Shown here: piece after piece, positions 50,880 through 60,346 of the stretch
Layout: each line of letters opens with the position of its first letter
Numbering within the stretch: position 1 is the first letter of the stretch
From: Acidobacteriota bacterium
Lineage (GTDB): Bacteria > Acidobacteriota > UBA890 > WLXD01
DNA length: 64,000 nt
NCBI GenBank assembly: GCA_965205505.1
Contig: CBDBHB010000008.1
Location: 1,152,001 to 1,216,000 of the forward strand
Direction: 5' to 3'
Notes under the pieces: model-generated
What the model saw: only the letters and a program-made list of their open reading frames with translations
Told to the model about the DNA's origin: nothing
Database searches by the model: none
Made by a program: the position numbers and the translations under genes

Positions 50880-53364
50880 TGACCTGACCCCCCAAAACGG
50901 ATCCAGAGGTAATCTCACGATCTGGGTCGAAAAGGGGAGGTCAGAATGCCGACGAAGAGGCACAGCGCCGAGCAGATCGTACGCAAGCTCCGGGAGGCTG
51001 AAGTGGAGCTGGCGCAAGGCGGGACGGTCAAGGATGCCTGCCGCAAGCTAGCGATCACCGAGCACACCTACTATCGGTGGCGGCGGGAGTACGGGGGGCT
51101 GAAGGTCAACCAGGCCAGAAGGCTCAAGCAGCTGGAGAAAGAAAACGCCCGGCTCAAGAAACTGGTGGCGGAGAAAGAGCTCGACCTGTCGATCCTGAAG
51201 GAAGTCGCGGAGGGAAACTTCTGAGCCCAGCTCGACGGCGCGAGGCGGTGGCGCATGTACAGGGGCGGCTGGGCGTCTCCGAGAGGCGGGCGTGCCGGGT
51301 ACTGAAACAACCACGCACGACACACAGGTACATGCCAAGAGAACCGGGCGATGAGCAGATGTTGACGGAGCGGATCGTGGATCTAGCCCGACAATACGGG
51401 CGCTACGGGTATCGGCGAGTGACGGCGTTGTTGCGTATGGAGGGCTGGTGGGTGAACCACAAACGAGTGCAGCGTATCTGGAGGCGTGAGGGGCTGAAAG
51501 TACCGACAAAGCAGCCCAAACGAGCCCGGCTGTGGCTCAGCGATGGCTCGTGCATCCGGCTGCGACCACAGCGCAAAGATCACGTCTGGGCGTATGACTT
51601 CGTTCATCACCGGACGCACGAGGGTCGGGCTATGAGGCTGCTGACGATCGTCGATGAGTACACACGAGAAAGCCTGGCGATCGACGTGGCACGGAAGCTC
51701 AACTGTGAGGACGTGCTCGAGCGGCTCGGGTGGTTGTTCGTGCACCGGGGCATACCTGAGCACATCCGGTCCGATAACGGACCGGAGTTCACCGCCGAGG
51801 CGGTTCGCGACTGGCTCGGTAGGCTCGGTGTGGGCACGCTGTTCATCGAGCCGGGCTCGCCGTGGGAGAACGGCTACGTGGAGAGCTTCAACGGCAAGCT
51901 CCGAGACGAGCTGCTCAACGGCGAGATCTTCTACACGCTCAAGGAGGCAAAGGTTCTGATCGAGAGATGGAGGCAGCAGTACAACCGCATGCGACCGCAC
52001 AGCTCGTTGGGCTACCGACCACCGGCCCCGGAGGCGCTGTTGTTGAAGCCGGCTACGCTCCGCTTCGCCGGCCTCAACAACCCCTTGTCAGCTGACCCAA
52101 ACCCCGAAAACGGTGCCAGGTTGATGTTTAGGAAATCGGTGTACCGTCGTCCTCCAAGCAGGAGGACAGATGAAGCGGAAGAGGTACACGGACGAGCAGA
52201 TCGCCTACGCGCTGCGGCAGGCTGAGGCGGGCACGCCGATCAAGGAGGTGTGTCGCAAGCTGGGCGTCAGCGAGCAGACGTTCTACACGTGGCGCCGCAA
52301 GTTCGCCGGGATGGGCGTGGCCGAACTTCGGGAGCTACGACAACTCCGCCATGAGAACCGGAAGTTGAAGCAGCTGGTGGCAGATCTGAGCTTGGACAAG
52401 CACATGCTCCAGGAGGTGCTGTCAAAAAAGGTGTGAAGCCGGCGCGCAAGCGCGAGGTGGTGCGGTACCTGCAGGACGGGTTCCGTGTCAGTGAGCGTCG
52501 AGCGTGTCGGCTGATCGAGTTGTCGCGCACCAGCCATCGGTATCAGAGCACAAGGACGGACGACCCCGTGCTGCGGCGTCGTCTTGGCGAGCTCGCCGCG
52601 GCGCGTCCGCGGTTCGGGTATCGGAGGTTGTGCGTGTTGCTACGCCGCGAGGGATGGGTAGTGAACCAGAAGCGCGTGTATCGGATCTATCGAGAGGAGG
52701 GGCTGGAGGTACGGACCAAAAAGCGACGGCGCAAGCGGGCGAGTCACATACGGCTTGTGCTGCCGCCCGCAGAGCGGCCCAACGAGCGCTGGAGCATGGA
52801 CTTCGTGACCGATCGGCTCGAGAGTGGCCGGCCGTTTCGGGTGCTGACGGTGGTCGATCAGTTTAGCCGTGAATGTCCGTTACTTGAGCCGGGCGTGTCG
52901 ATGACCGGCAAGGCGGTGGCTGGAGCACTCGAGCGGCTGTCGTTTGCCGGGCCGTTGCCACGGGTCATCACCGTCGACAATGGCTCAGAATTCTACTCCC
53001 AGGCGATGGACTCCTGGGCGTACCGAAGAGGCGTGCAGTTGGAGTTCATTCGGCCGGGAAAGCCCGTGGAGAATGCGTTCATCGAGAGTTTCAACGGACG
53101 GCTTCGCGACGAATGCCTCAACGCCAACCTGTTCTTCTCGATCGATGACGCGCGCCGAAAACTGGAGGCTTGGAGGCTTGATTACAATACCCACAGACCA
53201 CACAGCTCACTGAACGATCGAACTCCTACGGAGTTCGCCAGGGGCTGGCAACCGGAGGCTTCGGAACACCGAATCCTAAACCTCTGACTGGTACTGATTT
53301 CGGGGTGGGGTCACAGCACCGAGTTACTGAGATAAGACGTGGTACTAACCGTGGGGTCAGGTCA
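50880..53364 (+). mobile_element. IS3-family element copy 2 (same element as 10364-11623) carrying a nested IS
   Basis: Same termini; TSD GGTG (50876-79 and 53365-68); one synonymous difference seen (GTC/GTT). Confidence 0.95.
52093..53313 (+). mobile_element. Second IS3-family (IS407-group-like) element, 1221 bp
   Basis: Ends TGACCCAAACCCCGAAA...TTTCGGGGTGGGGTCA; TSD CAGC (52089-92 and 53314-17); orfA 52170-52436 with AAAAAAG slip site, orfB to 53287. Confidence 0.95.
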
Positions 53365-54182
53365 GGTGCGCGCCGACCACGGCAAGCTCGACATCCTCAT
53401 CAACGACATCTGGGGCGGCGACCCCCTCACCGAGTGGGGCAAGACGTTCTGGGAGGTCGACGTGCAGCAAGGCTTCACGATGATGGAGCGCGCCATCCAC
53501 ACGCACATCATCACGAGCCGCCACGGCGTCCCGCTCTTGCTCGACGGCGACGGCGGGCTCATCGTCGAGATCACCGACGGGGCCTTCTACGGCTACCGCG
53601 GACAGCTCTTCTACGACCTCTGCAAGATGTCTGTCATCCGACTCGCGTACGCCATGTCCGTGGAGCTCGCCGACCAGCCCATAACCGCCGTCGCCGTGAC
53701 CCCGGGCTTCCTGCGCTCCGAGGCCGTGCTCGATCACTTCGGAGTCACCGAGGAGAACTGGCGCGACGCGGTCGAAAAGGACCCCCACTTCGCGCTGTCC
53801 GAGACGCCGCTACTCGTCGGGCGCGTGATCGCCGCGCTCGCGGCCGACCCCGAGGTGCACCGCCGCGCCGGCCAGGTGCTCACCTGCTGGGACCTCGCCC
53901 GGTACTACGACGTCAAGGACATCGATGGCAGACACCCTCACTGGGACGAGCACCTCGACGCCGCCGTCGACGAGATCATCGACCGCGCCTCGCCGAGCCC
54001 GGAGGACATCTTCCTGCTGACGGTGCGCAAGCCCCAGCTCGACTTCGACGATGCCCGCGCCGCTCAACGCGCCCGTATCGAGACGTTCCTGAAGCGGCAC
54101 GGCGGCACGGTCGGTCTCGATCCCGACGCGCTCGACTGAGCTGTCCGAGGCAACGCGTGAGAGGGTATGGCCATGAATGTGT

Positions 54183-54261
54183 GCCTAACTAACAGGCGCG
54201 CTGAGCTGCGGCGCCGCATTCACCTGCAGTCGGCACCGTCTGCTCGAGCGCGTTGGTAGAC
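54183..54261 (-). other. attC9 (degenerate)
   Basis: R'' mutated to GTCTACC; R' side carries a TAAC duplication; arms imperfect. Confidence 0.65.
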
Positions 54262-54277
54262 CGCACTAGACACCTAT

Positions 54278-54865
54278 TTACTTCGTCCGGGTGTACGTCT
54301 CGCGTCGTAGAAGAACCTCCGTCCCGTCGCTCCGGACCAGGAATGACTGAAACACGTAGCCCTCGTCGGTTGGTTCGGCGACCCCTTTGCTTCCAATCGC
54401 TTCACCGGTCATTGGATCCGTACCGGACCCGGTGCCCACGTAGCGTTTCCCACCATCCTCAAACTCGAAGTAGACACTTCCGACGTACCCACCCGCGTTG
54501 GAGAAGCCGGGGACGATGTATTTGCCAGCCTTTCGATCGAAGGAGTGCACGCCAACGAACTTCGTACCATCTTGACAGTCATTCCGGACGAACAGCACGA
54601 AACCATCGACTTCCATTTTGTGAGTCGATGTGCATCTGACCGTCATCGGTTCGCCTGAAGACGGATAGTCCCATGTTTCGCGTATCAGGTCGTAATCACC
54701 GGCGTAGAACTCTCGAAGACGGTGCTCCGGTTCACCAGGTTCTGCTCGTGTTGTGGGTACAAACCCAGATTTCACATCCTGCCCGTACGTCGACTCTGGC
54801 ACGAAGGCTGCGCACGCCACGACAGTTACCGCGACTAGCCACAATGGCGCCGTTCTAGCATTCAT
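54278..54865 (-). CDS. Cassette 9: secreted DUF1579-like protein
   Basis: AGGAG RBS; signal peptide; PGEPEHRL, DPMTG, RETYTRTK. Confidence 0.75.
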   Translation of the reverse strand: MNARTAPLWLVAVTVVACAAFVPESTYGQDVKSGFVPTTRAEPGEPEHRLREFYAGDYDLIRETWDYPSSGEPMTVRCTSTHKMEVDGFVLFVRNDCQDGTKFVGVHSFDRKAGKYIVPGFSNAGGYVGSVYFEFEDGGKRYVGTGSGTDPMTGEAIGSKGVAEPTDEGYVFQSFLVRSDGTEVLLRRETYTRTK

Positions 54866-54889
54866 CTGCAAAACTCCTCTACTCCGTCG

Positions 54890-54981
54890 GTCTAACGGAT
54901 TGTGGCTCACCTGCGGCGGCCACATCCTTTTCAAATCAAACGAAAGTAGTGGCCGCCGTCTGGTGCAGCCGCTTGTTAGGC
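54890..54981 (-). other. attC8
   Basis: R'' GCCTAAC, R' GTTAGAC; arms GGCTCACCTGCGGCGGCCAC / GTGGCCGCCGTCTGGTGCAGCC. Confidence 0.88.
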
Positions 54982-54994
54982 CGTTATCGAGTCT

Positions 54995-55930
54995 CTATTG
55001 GCCATGATGTTTTGCTATCGTCTCTTTACTCAATCTCAAAAACCGAGCCGCGTTGTTATAGAAGATGTCTCGCTTCTGCTCTTCACTCAAGAATGAGGCA
55101 GATTCGATCGCATCGATCTCGTCGTCTATAATTGTTTCCGGCCACTGCATCTGATCTGAGCCATACATGAGTCGCTTTCCGAGTCCCGCCTCCATGAGTC
55201 TGCGCAGGTACCAGTGAAAACTTTCACGGGGATATTTCCAGAGGGAGAGGTCTCCGTACACGTTTGGATAGCGGTACATTAAGGCGATAGTTTCGCCTAA
55301 GAATGGGAAACCGGAGGTTTCTATGAACAATCGGAGTTCAGGATGCCTGATCAGAACCTCCTCGAGTTGTTCAGGGTGACCCATCGAAATGTGGAACTGC
55401 TCACTGAGTCCAGCGGTGCCGTGGTGATGGATCAACACCGGCACGGCAAACTCCTCGGCAAGATCGTAGAAAGGCTCCAGTCTCGGATCGTCCGCTGCAA
55501 TCCCCTCGTACTGCACAGTTAGTTCGCCTAGCCCACCGAGCCGCCCCGCCTCGTATTCCTTGCGGAGGTCATCCAAGTCGATCAGGTCTGGATTTCCAAC
55601 TATGGGCGAGGCGATGAACCGGCCCGGGGCAGCGTCCACCCAGCGATACACGTTGTCCAACGAGTCCTCGCTCAGAAACCCTATGACAATGTTGTTCCGG
55701 TCCATGGTTTCCAGCGTGAGCCTCAGCACATCCTCCGCCGTTTCTGCTTCTGCGGGCGGCACCTGACAGGGGCTCGGCAGGCAGGCTCGGGAAAGAGGAC
55801 GGCCATCAGCATCGTTGTTTACCGCGTTTGCGTGCATATGCATATCGATCATGGGAGGACGGCTGTTCTCCTGAGCCGCCGCCATGGCGGGTGTGGCGAT
55901 AAGCAGGAGTACCAGATTCAACTTTTTCAT
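54995..55930 (-). CDS. Cassette 8: secreted Amidohydrolase_2 protein
   Basis: GGAGGAG RBS; signal peptide; IDMHMH, LGEL, LMYGSDQM, DIFYNNAARFL. Confidence 0.9.
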   Translation of the reverse strand: MKKLNLVLLLIATPAMAAAQENSRPPMIDMHMHANAVNNDADGRPLSRACLPSPCQVPPAEAETAEDVLRLTLETMDRNNIVIGFLSEDSLDNVYRWVDAAPGRFIASPIVGNPDLIDLDDLRKEYEAGRLGGLGELTVQYEGIAADDPRLEPFYDLAEEFAVPVLIHHHGTAGLSEQFHISMGHPEQLEEVLIRHPELRLFIETSGFPFLGETIALMYRYPNVYGDLSLWKYPRESFHWYLRRLMEAGLGKRLMYGSDQMQWPETIIDDEIDAIESASFLSEEQKRDIFYNNAARFLRLSKETIAKHHGQ

Positions 55931-55988
55931 TGCAAACTCTCCTCCCTCAAGGGCGTGTGCCCTGCTGCGTTCGACGGCAATAAAATCA

Positions 55989-56055
55989 GCCTAACGGTTC
56001 AGAGCCTCAGCTGCGGGCGCGGAAGGCGACTGTCAGCTGCTGGCTCTTGTTAGAC
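55989..56055 (-). other. attC7
   Basis: R'' GTCTAAC, R' GTTAGGC; AGAGCCTCAGCTG / CAGCTGCTGGCTCT arms. Confidence 0.9.
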
Positions 56056-56063
56056 GGCTCTTC

Positions 56064-56927
56064 TTATTCAATCGGGTGAAAGTCGATTGTTCCCACAACG
56101 CGCTCCATCGCCGCGCGGTCTGCGACGGGATACGTCGCTGCAAGGTACTCGGACGGCGGCGCCACGTCGCCAGTCCGTTTGACTTCATCTGCATCGGCAC
56201 CCGCCGTGAAGATGATCATCGGCCTTGCTACTCCTGTAGGCACGTCAACTCTGTCGCAGAAGATGACCATCAGGTGCTCCTGAAGAGGATAGCCGTCCGG
56301 CTGGCCGAGGAAGTAGGCACCGCCGCGACCGCCCGTCACCCTGTGCTGAAGCCGCTCTTTCGGCCCTATTGGTGTGCCAGTAGGCTCGCTCCACGAAGCG
56401 ACGTCAACCTTGCGGCGCCACTCCGCGGCGATTCGTACGGCCGAGGGGATCTCCTGGGGATAGTTGAAGACTAAATGAGGTCGTCCGCTACGCATCGTCG
56501 ACTCATCTAGCGGGAGAAACCCTCCTACTGGGAAAAAAGCGTGAAGCTGAAACAACTTCCCGATCGGCCCGTCCAGTCGGAACTTCGCTTGACGTCGGAT
56601 CTCGGTGCGGACCTTGTCGTCCTGTGAAAAGTGAACACGTCCATCTGGATGATGGGAGTACTTGACGAGGTGAGAGGTGACCTTTCCCTCGTCCGTGAAG
56701 CTGACGGACTTGCGAGCAGCGCCACCATCGCCAAGGCGGACGACGGTCGCGATCCCGTCACGTTGACGGAAGTGCGGAAACAGAACGAAAACACTCCCGT
56801 CTCGTTTGTTGAACACGATCTGACATACGTAGAGCGGCGCTACTGGCGTGCCGATGCCGATAACCGTTCGGCGCGACGCCCAATACGTGAGGTTACCTTC
56901 AGTTCGTTGAAGCTCGTCGGGGTCCAA
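56064..56927 (-). CDS. Cassette 7: hypothetical protein
   Basis: 287-aa ORF filling the cassette from just after R' to just before R''. Confidence 0.75.
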   Translation of the reverse strand: MDPDELQRTEGNLTYWASRRTVIGIGTPVAPLYVCQIVFNKRDGSVFVLFPHFRQRDGIATVVRLGDGGAARKSVSFTDEGKVTSHLVKYSHHPDGRVHFSQDDKVRTEIRRQAKFRLDGPIGKLFQLHAFFPVGGFLPLDESTMRSGRPHLVFNYPQEIPSAVRIAAEWRRKVDVASWSEPTGTPIGPKERLQHRVTGGRGGAYFLGQPDGYPLQEHLMVIFCDRVDVPTGVARPMIIFTAGADADEVKRTGDVAPPSEYLAATYPVADRAAMERVVGTIDFHPIE

Positions 56928-56932
56928 TGTCC

Positions 56933-56994
56933 GTCTAACGGGTGGAGCTTCAGCTGCGGCGCGGCGCGCCGTCAGCTGCTAGCTTGTGTTGGGC
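56933..56994 (-). other. attC6
   Basis: R'' GCCCAAC, R' GTTAGAC; AGCTTCAGCTGCGGCGC / GCGCCGTCAGCTGCTAGCT. Confidence 0.9.
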
Positions 56995-56999
56995 GGCCT

Positions 57000-57140
57000 T
57001 GTCCATGAGGCAGCTGAGCTTGGGAGGGACGCAACGCGCGACCCGGAAGGATGCTGACGATCTGGCGGAGGCCGAGCCGACGATAGAACGCAACGGAGTC
57101 ATCCAGGTCGGTGTGAGGGACCATTACTTGATTGAGGTGA
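57000..57140 (-). pseudogene. VOC/glyoxalase fragment
   Basis: LNQVMVPHTDLDDSVAFYRRLGLRQIV. Confidence 0.55.
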
Positions 57141-57462
57141 CCCTTGAAGAAGATCGCCGAGTTTCTCAGCTCGCAGTGTCCACAATCTGTCAACGAGTTT
57201 AAGACGCGTTTCGGTGAGCCGAGAATGGACATGGCCAACGACGCGGCCCGAGAGTACTGCGTCTGCGCCGTCGACGGGTCGCCCGTGTTGGACATTGACT
57301 ACGTGATGATCTACGCGAACATCATCAGTCACCAAGTCCTGTACGTGTACGCGCGACTTGGACTCATTACTCATGTCTCGGTCGTGGATCCGACTGATTG
57401 GCGCTCTTCGGACTTCCGCTGAGCCTCCGAACGCCCGCCGCAGGGGGTTCGATTCTCTCGCT

Positions 57463-58062
57463 TCATCCACTCTCAACCACCCTTGCCACTTCGCCTCCGC
57501 AATCAATGCAGCGACCTCTGAGAACGAGGTCGCCGCGTTCCACGCGCCCTTCCAGTAGTTGTATGGAACTCGAACTAGCGCATTGGACACACCACACGTT
57601 GTTGAGAAGGCGAACGCGGACATGCGTTTCGATGGCGTTCCAGAGGCTTTCTGCTGGACCCGTGAATCTCGGCTCAATGGTCGCTATCGGCGGATTCTCG
57701 GTGAAGCGCCCCAAGACCGCAGAACTCCTGGGTCGACTCACACCAGCATCGCTCAAATCCCACAGAGTCCGTTGCCAACCTCTGATCTCGCCATTATCGC
57801 CACAGACCGGACAGAACCAAAGGATCGTACGAGACGCCGTGTCCAGACGCGCTCGTATCCAGCCTCGACACGGCTGTCGTTGCGGGCGTCGACGACATTT
57901 CACTGGAGATCGCTCGTCGCCGGCCGCTTCGTCTCGGCTAGTGACGAACGCCACGATGGACCCGAGATGATCTCGCATGCCCGTCCCCGGTTCGGGGTGA
58001 ATGGAGGCCAGGCCCGCGGCGTTCAGGAAATGGGTCATGTCTGTGATCCACGTGTCTGCCAC
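57463..58062 (-). CDS. Cassette 6: Cys-rich (multiple CxxC, zinc-ribbon) hypothetical protein
   Basis: CRRRP..PC, CPVC, CVQC, CIDC. Confidence 0.75.
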   Translation of the reverse strand: MADTWITDMTHFLNAAGLASIHPEPGTGMRDHLGSIVAFVTSRDEAAGDERSPVKCRRRPQRQPCRGWIRARLDTASRTILWFCPVCGDNGEIRGWQRTLWDLSDAGVSRPRSSAVLGRFTENPPIATIEPRFTGPAESLWNAIETHVRVRLLNNVWCVQCASSSSIQLLEGRVERGDLVLRGRCIDCGGEVARVVESG

Positions 58063-58085
58063 GGTTCCACCAAATCTTCTGGTCT

Positions 58086-58143
58086 GCCCAACGTCAGCAA
58101 TCAGCGGCCGGCTCCGCCGGTCCGCTGCATTGCGTGGTTAGGC
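58086..58143 (-). other. attC5
   Basis: GCCCAAC GTCA GCAAT CAGCGG CCGG loop CCGG t CCGCTG c ATTGC GTG GTTAGGC; two extrahelical bases on the plus (bottom) strand. Confidence 0.93.
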
Positions 58144-58162
58144 GTTAGGCGGGTCTTTCGCC

Positions 58163-59185
58163 TCACTTGTAGGCTACGGCCGCGCTCGCCGGTCCGTGAA
58201 GCGGGATGACTTCGATCCGCTGAAAGCCGACCTCCCGGCACCATTCGCCGAAATCACGACCCGTGAAGTCAAATGCCTCACCAAACTCGATGAGCATGTT
58301 CAGCGACATCATGAGACCGAACGCATTGCTCCGTCGCGCGTCGTCGATCAAGTTCTCAATGGCTACGAATGCACCGCCGGTCGGTAGGGCGTCGTACGCT
58401 GCCCGAATGAGATGCATCTTCTTCTCCAGGTTCCAATCGTGCAAGATCATGCCCATGGTGATCACATCCGCCTTCGGCAGGGGCTCACTGAAGATGTCCA
58501 CAGAGGACGCAGTGATCCGATCCCCCAACCCGTGCGCCTCGATCGTCTTGCGCGCAATGGGCTCCACTGGGGGAAGATCGCACGTCCTGCACGTCAGGTG
58601 CGGATGGCGACGGGCCACGAACGTCGAGAGCTGACCGGTCGCCCCACCGATGTCGCACATGGTCTTGTACGACGCGAAGTCGAACTTCTCCGCGAACGTC
58701 TCGAAGTTCGCAAGTGAGATGCCCGTCATCGCGTTCATGAACTGCTCTAGTCGCTCGGGATCACGATACAGCTCTTCGAACATCCCTTCGCCGCCGTGCT
58801 TCATCTCGTTCTGCGGTTGGCCGGTCTTGAGCGCTTCCGTGAGATCGCCCCAGAATGGGTAGAGTCGGGTGTTCGCCATTTCAAAGAATCCGCCGATATA
58901 CGAGCTGCTGTGCCGATCAAGAAAATGGGCGGTGTCGTCCGTATTGCGATACTCCGCCGCAACGCCGTCACCCTCTCGCGTCAGTAGATTCAAGGCGACC
59001 AGCGTGTCGAGAAAGTCGGTCGCGCCACGGGGATGAAGCCCGAGCTCATCCTGAAGGTCAGGCGCCGTCAACGACCTGTCTCCCAAGACCGTGAACACTC
59101 CAAGCTCCACTGCCGAAAGCATGGTCTTCGCAGGCCAGAAACCCATCGCGATCTGCATCAAACGGCCGGGGTCTCGTTGAGTCAT
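58163..59185 (-). CDS. Cassette 5: O-methyltransferase (Methyltransf_2 with dimerisation domain)
   Basis: SAVELGVF, CDIGGATG, MGMILHDW, LMMSLNMLIE. Confidence 0.92.
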   Translation of the reverse strand: MTQRDPGRLMQIAMGFWPAKTMLSAVELGVFTVLGDRSLTAPDLQDELGLHPRGATDFLDTLVALNLLTREGDGVAAEYRNTDDTAHFLDRHSSSYIGGFFEMANTRLYPFWGDLTEALKTGQPQNEMKHGGEGMFEELYRDPERLEQFMNAMTGISLANFETFAEKFDFASYKTMCDIGGATGQLSTFVARRHPHLTCRTCDLPPVEPIARKTIEAHGLGDRITASSVDIFSEPLPKADVITMGMILHDWNLEKKMHLIRAAYDALPTGGAFVAIENLIDDARRSNAFGLMMSLNMLIEFGEAFDFTGRDFGEWCREVGFQRIEVIPLHGPASAAVAYK

Positions 59186-59232
59186 CTCGTCCTCCACGTC
59201 GTCTCAGGGTACGTTCACTTCTCGCGATCGCC

Positions 59233-59363
59233 GCCTAACGGGCTCGCGGCTCAGCTGCCGCGCCCTGCACGGCTTAACTTACCCCACGACGCCACCATTG
59301 CCACAGCTTGTGTCACGGGCACGGCCACCCGCGGCGCGGTCAGCCTGCAGCCGCTGGTTAGGC
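59233..59363 (-). other. attC4
   Basis: R'' GCCTAAC, R' GTTAGGC; GCGGCTCAGCTGCCGCGCC / GGCGCGGTCAGCCTGCAGCCGC. Confidence 0.88.
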
Positions 59364-60166
59364 GGGCGCCGCGGCGCGTTTCAACCATCCTGCAAACCGC
59401 CGCGGAAGCTCGGCTTTCCGAATCTGCCCGATCCCTCGAGCAAAGATCAAGGACATCATGTTGCCGTCGGCGCGCACCGTGGCGGCTAGGCCAAGGCCGA
59501 CCGAGCTGAGATCCGGTTCGATGCTGGCAATACATCGTCTTGGGCGTTCGCGTTGTTCGCGCTGTACGTTGATAACTGTAGAACAACCCGTTCTCCAAAG
59601 TCGGGTGCCGCCGCACCAACAATGTCAATGTCATCGGGCCACATGTTTCCCTGCTTCGGAGAAGCAGCTGGGCCGTGGCGATCGAACATGTAAGGATCGA
59701 ATGAGACCAAGTGAACAGCACAGTCTGAGGAGAATCCTCGGCGAAACCGCACACGCCAATCGCCGCGATGGAGTGATGACGACGTATTCGGACCGACGCT
59801 CTGCTGCCACTCAATGATCTCGTCCGCCGTGTCATCGTCGGCCTCGCACAACTCGAAGTGCAGCGGTCCTCTCCAGAGGTGACGAACGAGCGCAGCGGAC
59901 GACGGGTACGCACAACGTCCCTGCTGTAGGTAGTGCCATGCTCGCTCGTACGCCGAGCGTTGCCCTGGAAGGCACCGACCGACTCGATTGAACTCCTCAG
60001 CCGTCTGACCAGGGTTGGGGTTCCGCCGAGCGTATGGCGACATGGCATGGGCATCGATGAAACAGATTGCCTCGGTTGGTTCAACAACGTCGCGGACGCA
60101 GCAGATGATCTCCGAGAGAACCCAATGCTGAAGGAGATTGCCTCGGTTTCCCTTATACGTTGGCAT
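59358..60166 (-). pseudogene. Cassette 4: RlmJ-like SAM methyltransferase with a one-base frameshift near 59532
   Basis: GNRGNLLQH, FIDAHA, YPSS, ELCE, SFDPY parallel RlmJ motifs; alternate frame runs to the TAA inside R''. Confidence 0.6.
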
Positions 60167-60196
60167 CTGCGTTGCGGTCGGGCGAATTGTTGCCCC

Positions 60197-60313
60197 GCCT
60201 AACGGTCCAGAGCTTCAGCTGCGGGCGCGGCCGGCGGAGCCGGGTTGGCGCGGGCGTTGCGCAGGCAGCGCCCGTGACAATAGCGATCCGTCAGCTGCTG
60301 GCTCATGTTAGCG
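60197..60313 (-). other. attC3
   Basis: R'' CGCTAAC, R' GTTAGGC; GAGCTTCAGCTGCGG / CCGTCAGCTGCTGGCTC. Confidence 0.9.
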
Positions 60314-60346
60314 GGCGCGTGCCTCCATCTGGCTTCAGGCAAGGTC

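Larger units (their letters stand above)
50622..54139 (+). pseudogene. SDR oxidoreductase interrupted by nested IS elements
   Basis: 5' half GATRGAGRG...LFERV (50622-50879) joins in frame to RADHGKLDILINDIWGG...YDLCK (53369-54139) once the IS and one TSD are removed. Confidence 0.93.

Noticed and set aside
51077-52225. Novel 382-aa transposase
   Set aside because: It is IS-A OrfB reading into the nested IS-B left end, and the N-terminal part precedes the frameshift site
10364-53364. Composite transposon bounded by the two IS-A copies
   Set aside because: Each copy has its own intact and different TSD (ATGA vs GGTG), so they are independent insertions
57443-57470. tRNA 3' end (GGGGGTTCGATTCTCTC...CCA)
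   Set aside because: No D or anticodon arm and no acceptor pairing upstream; better explained as a collapsed attC or chance
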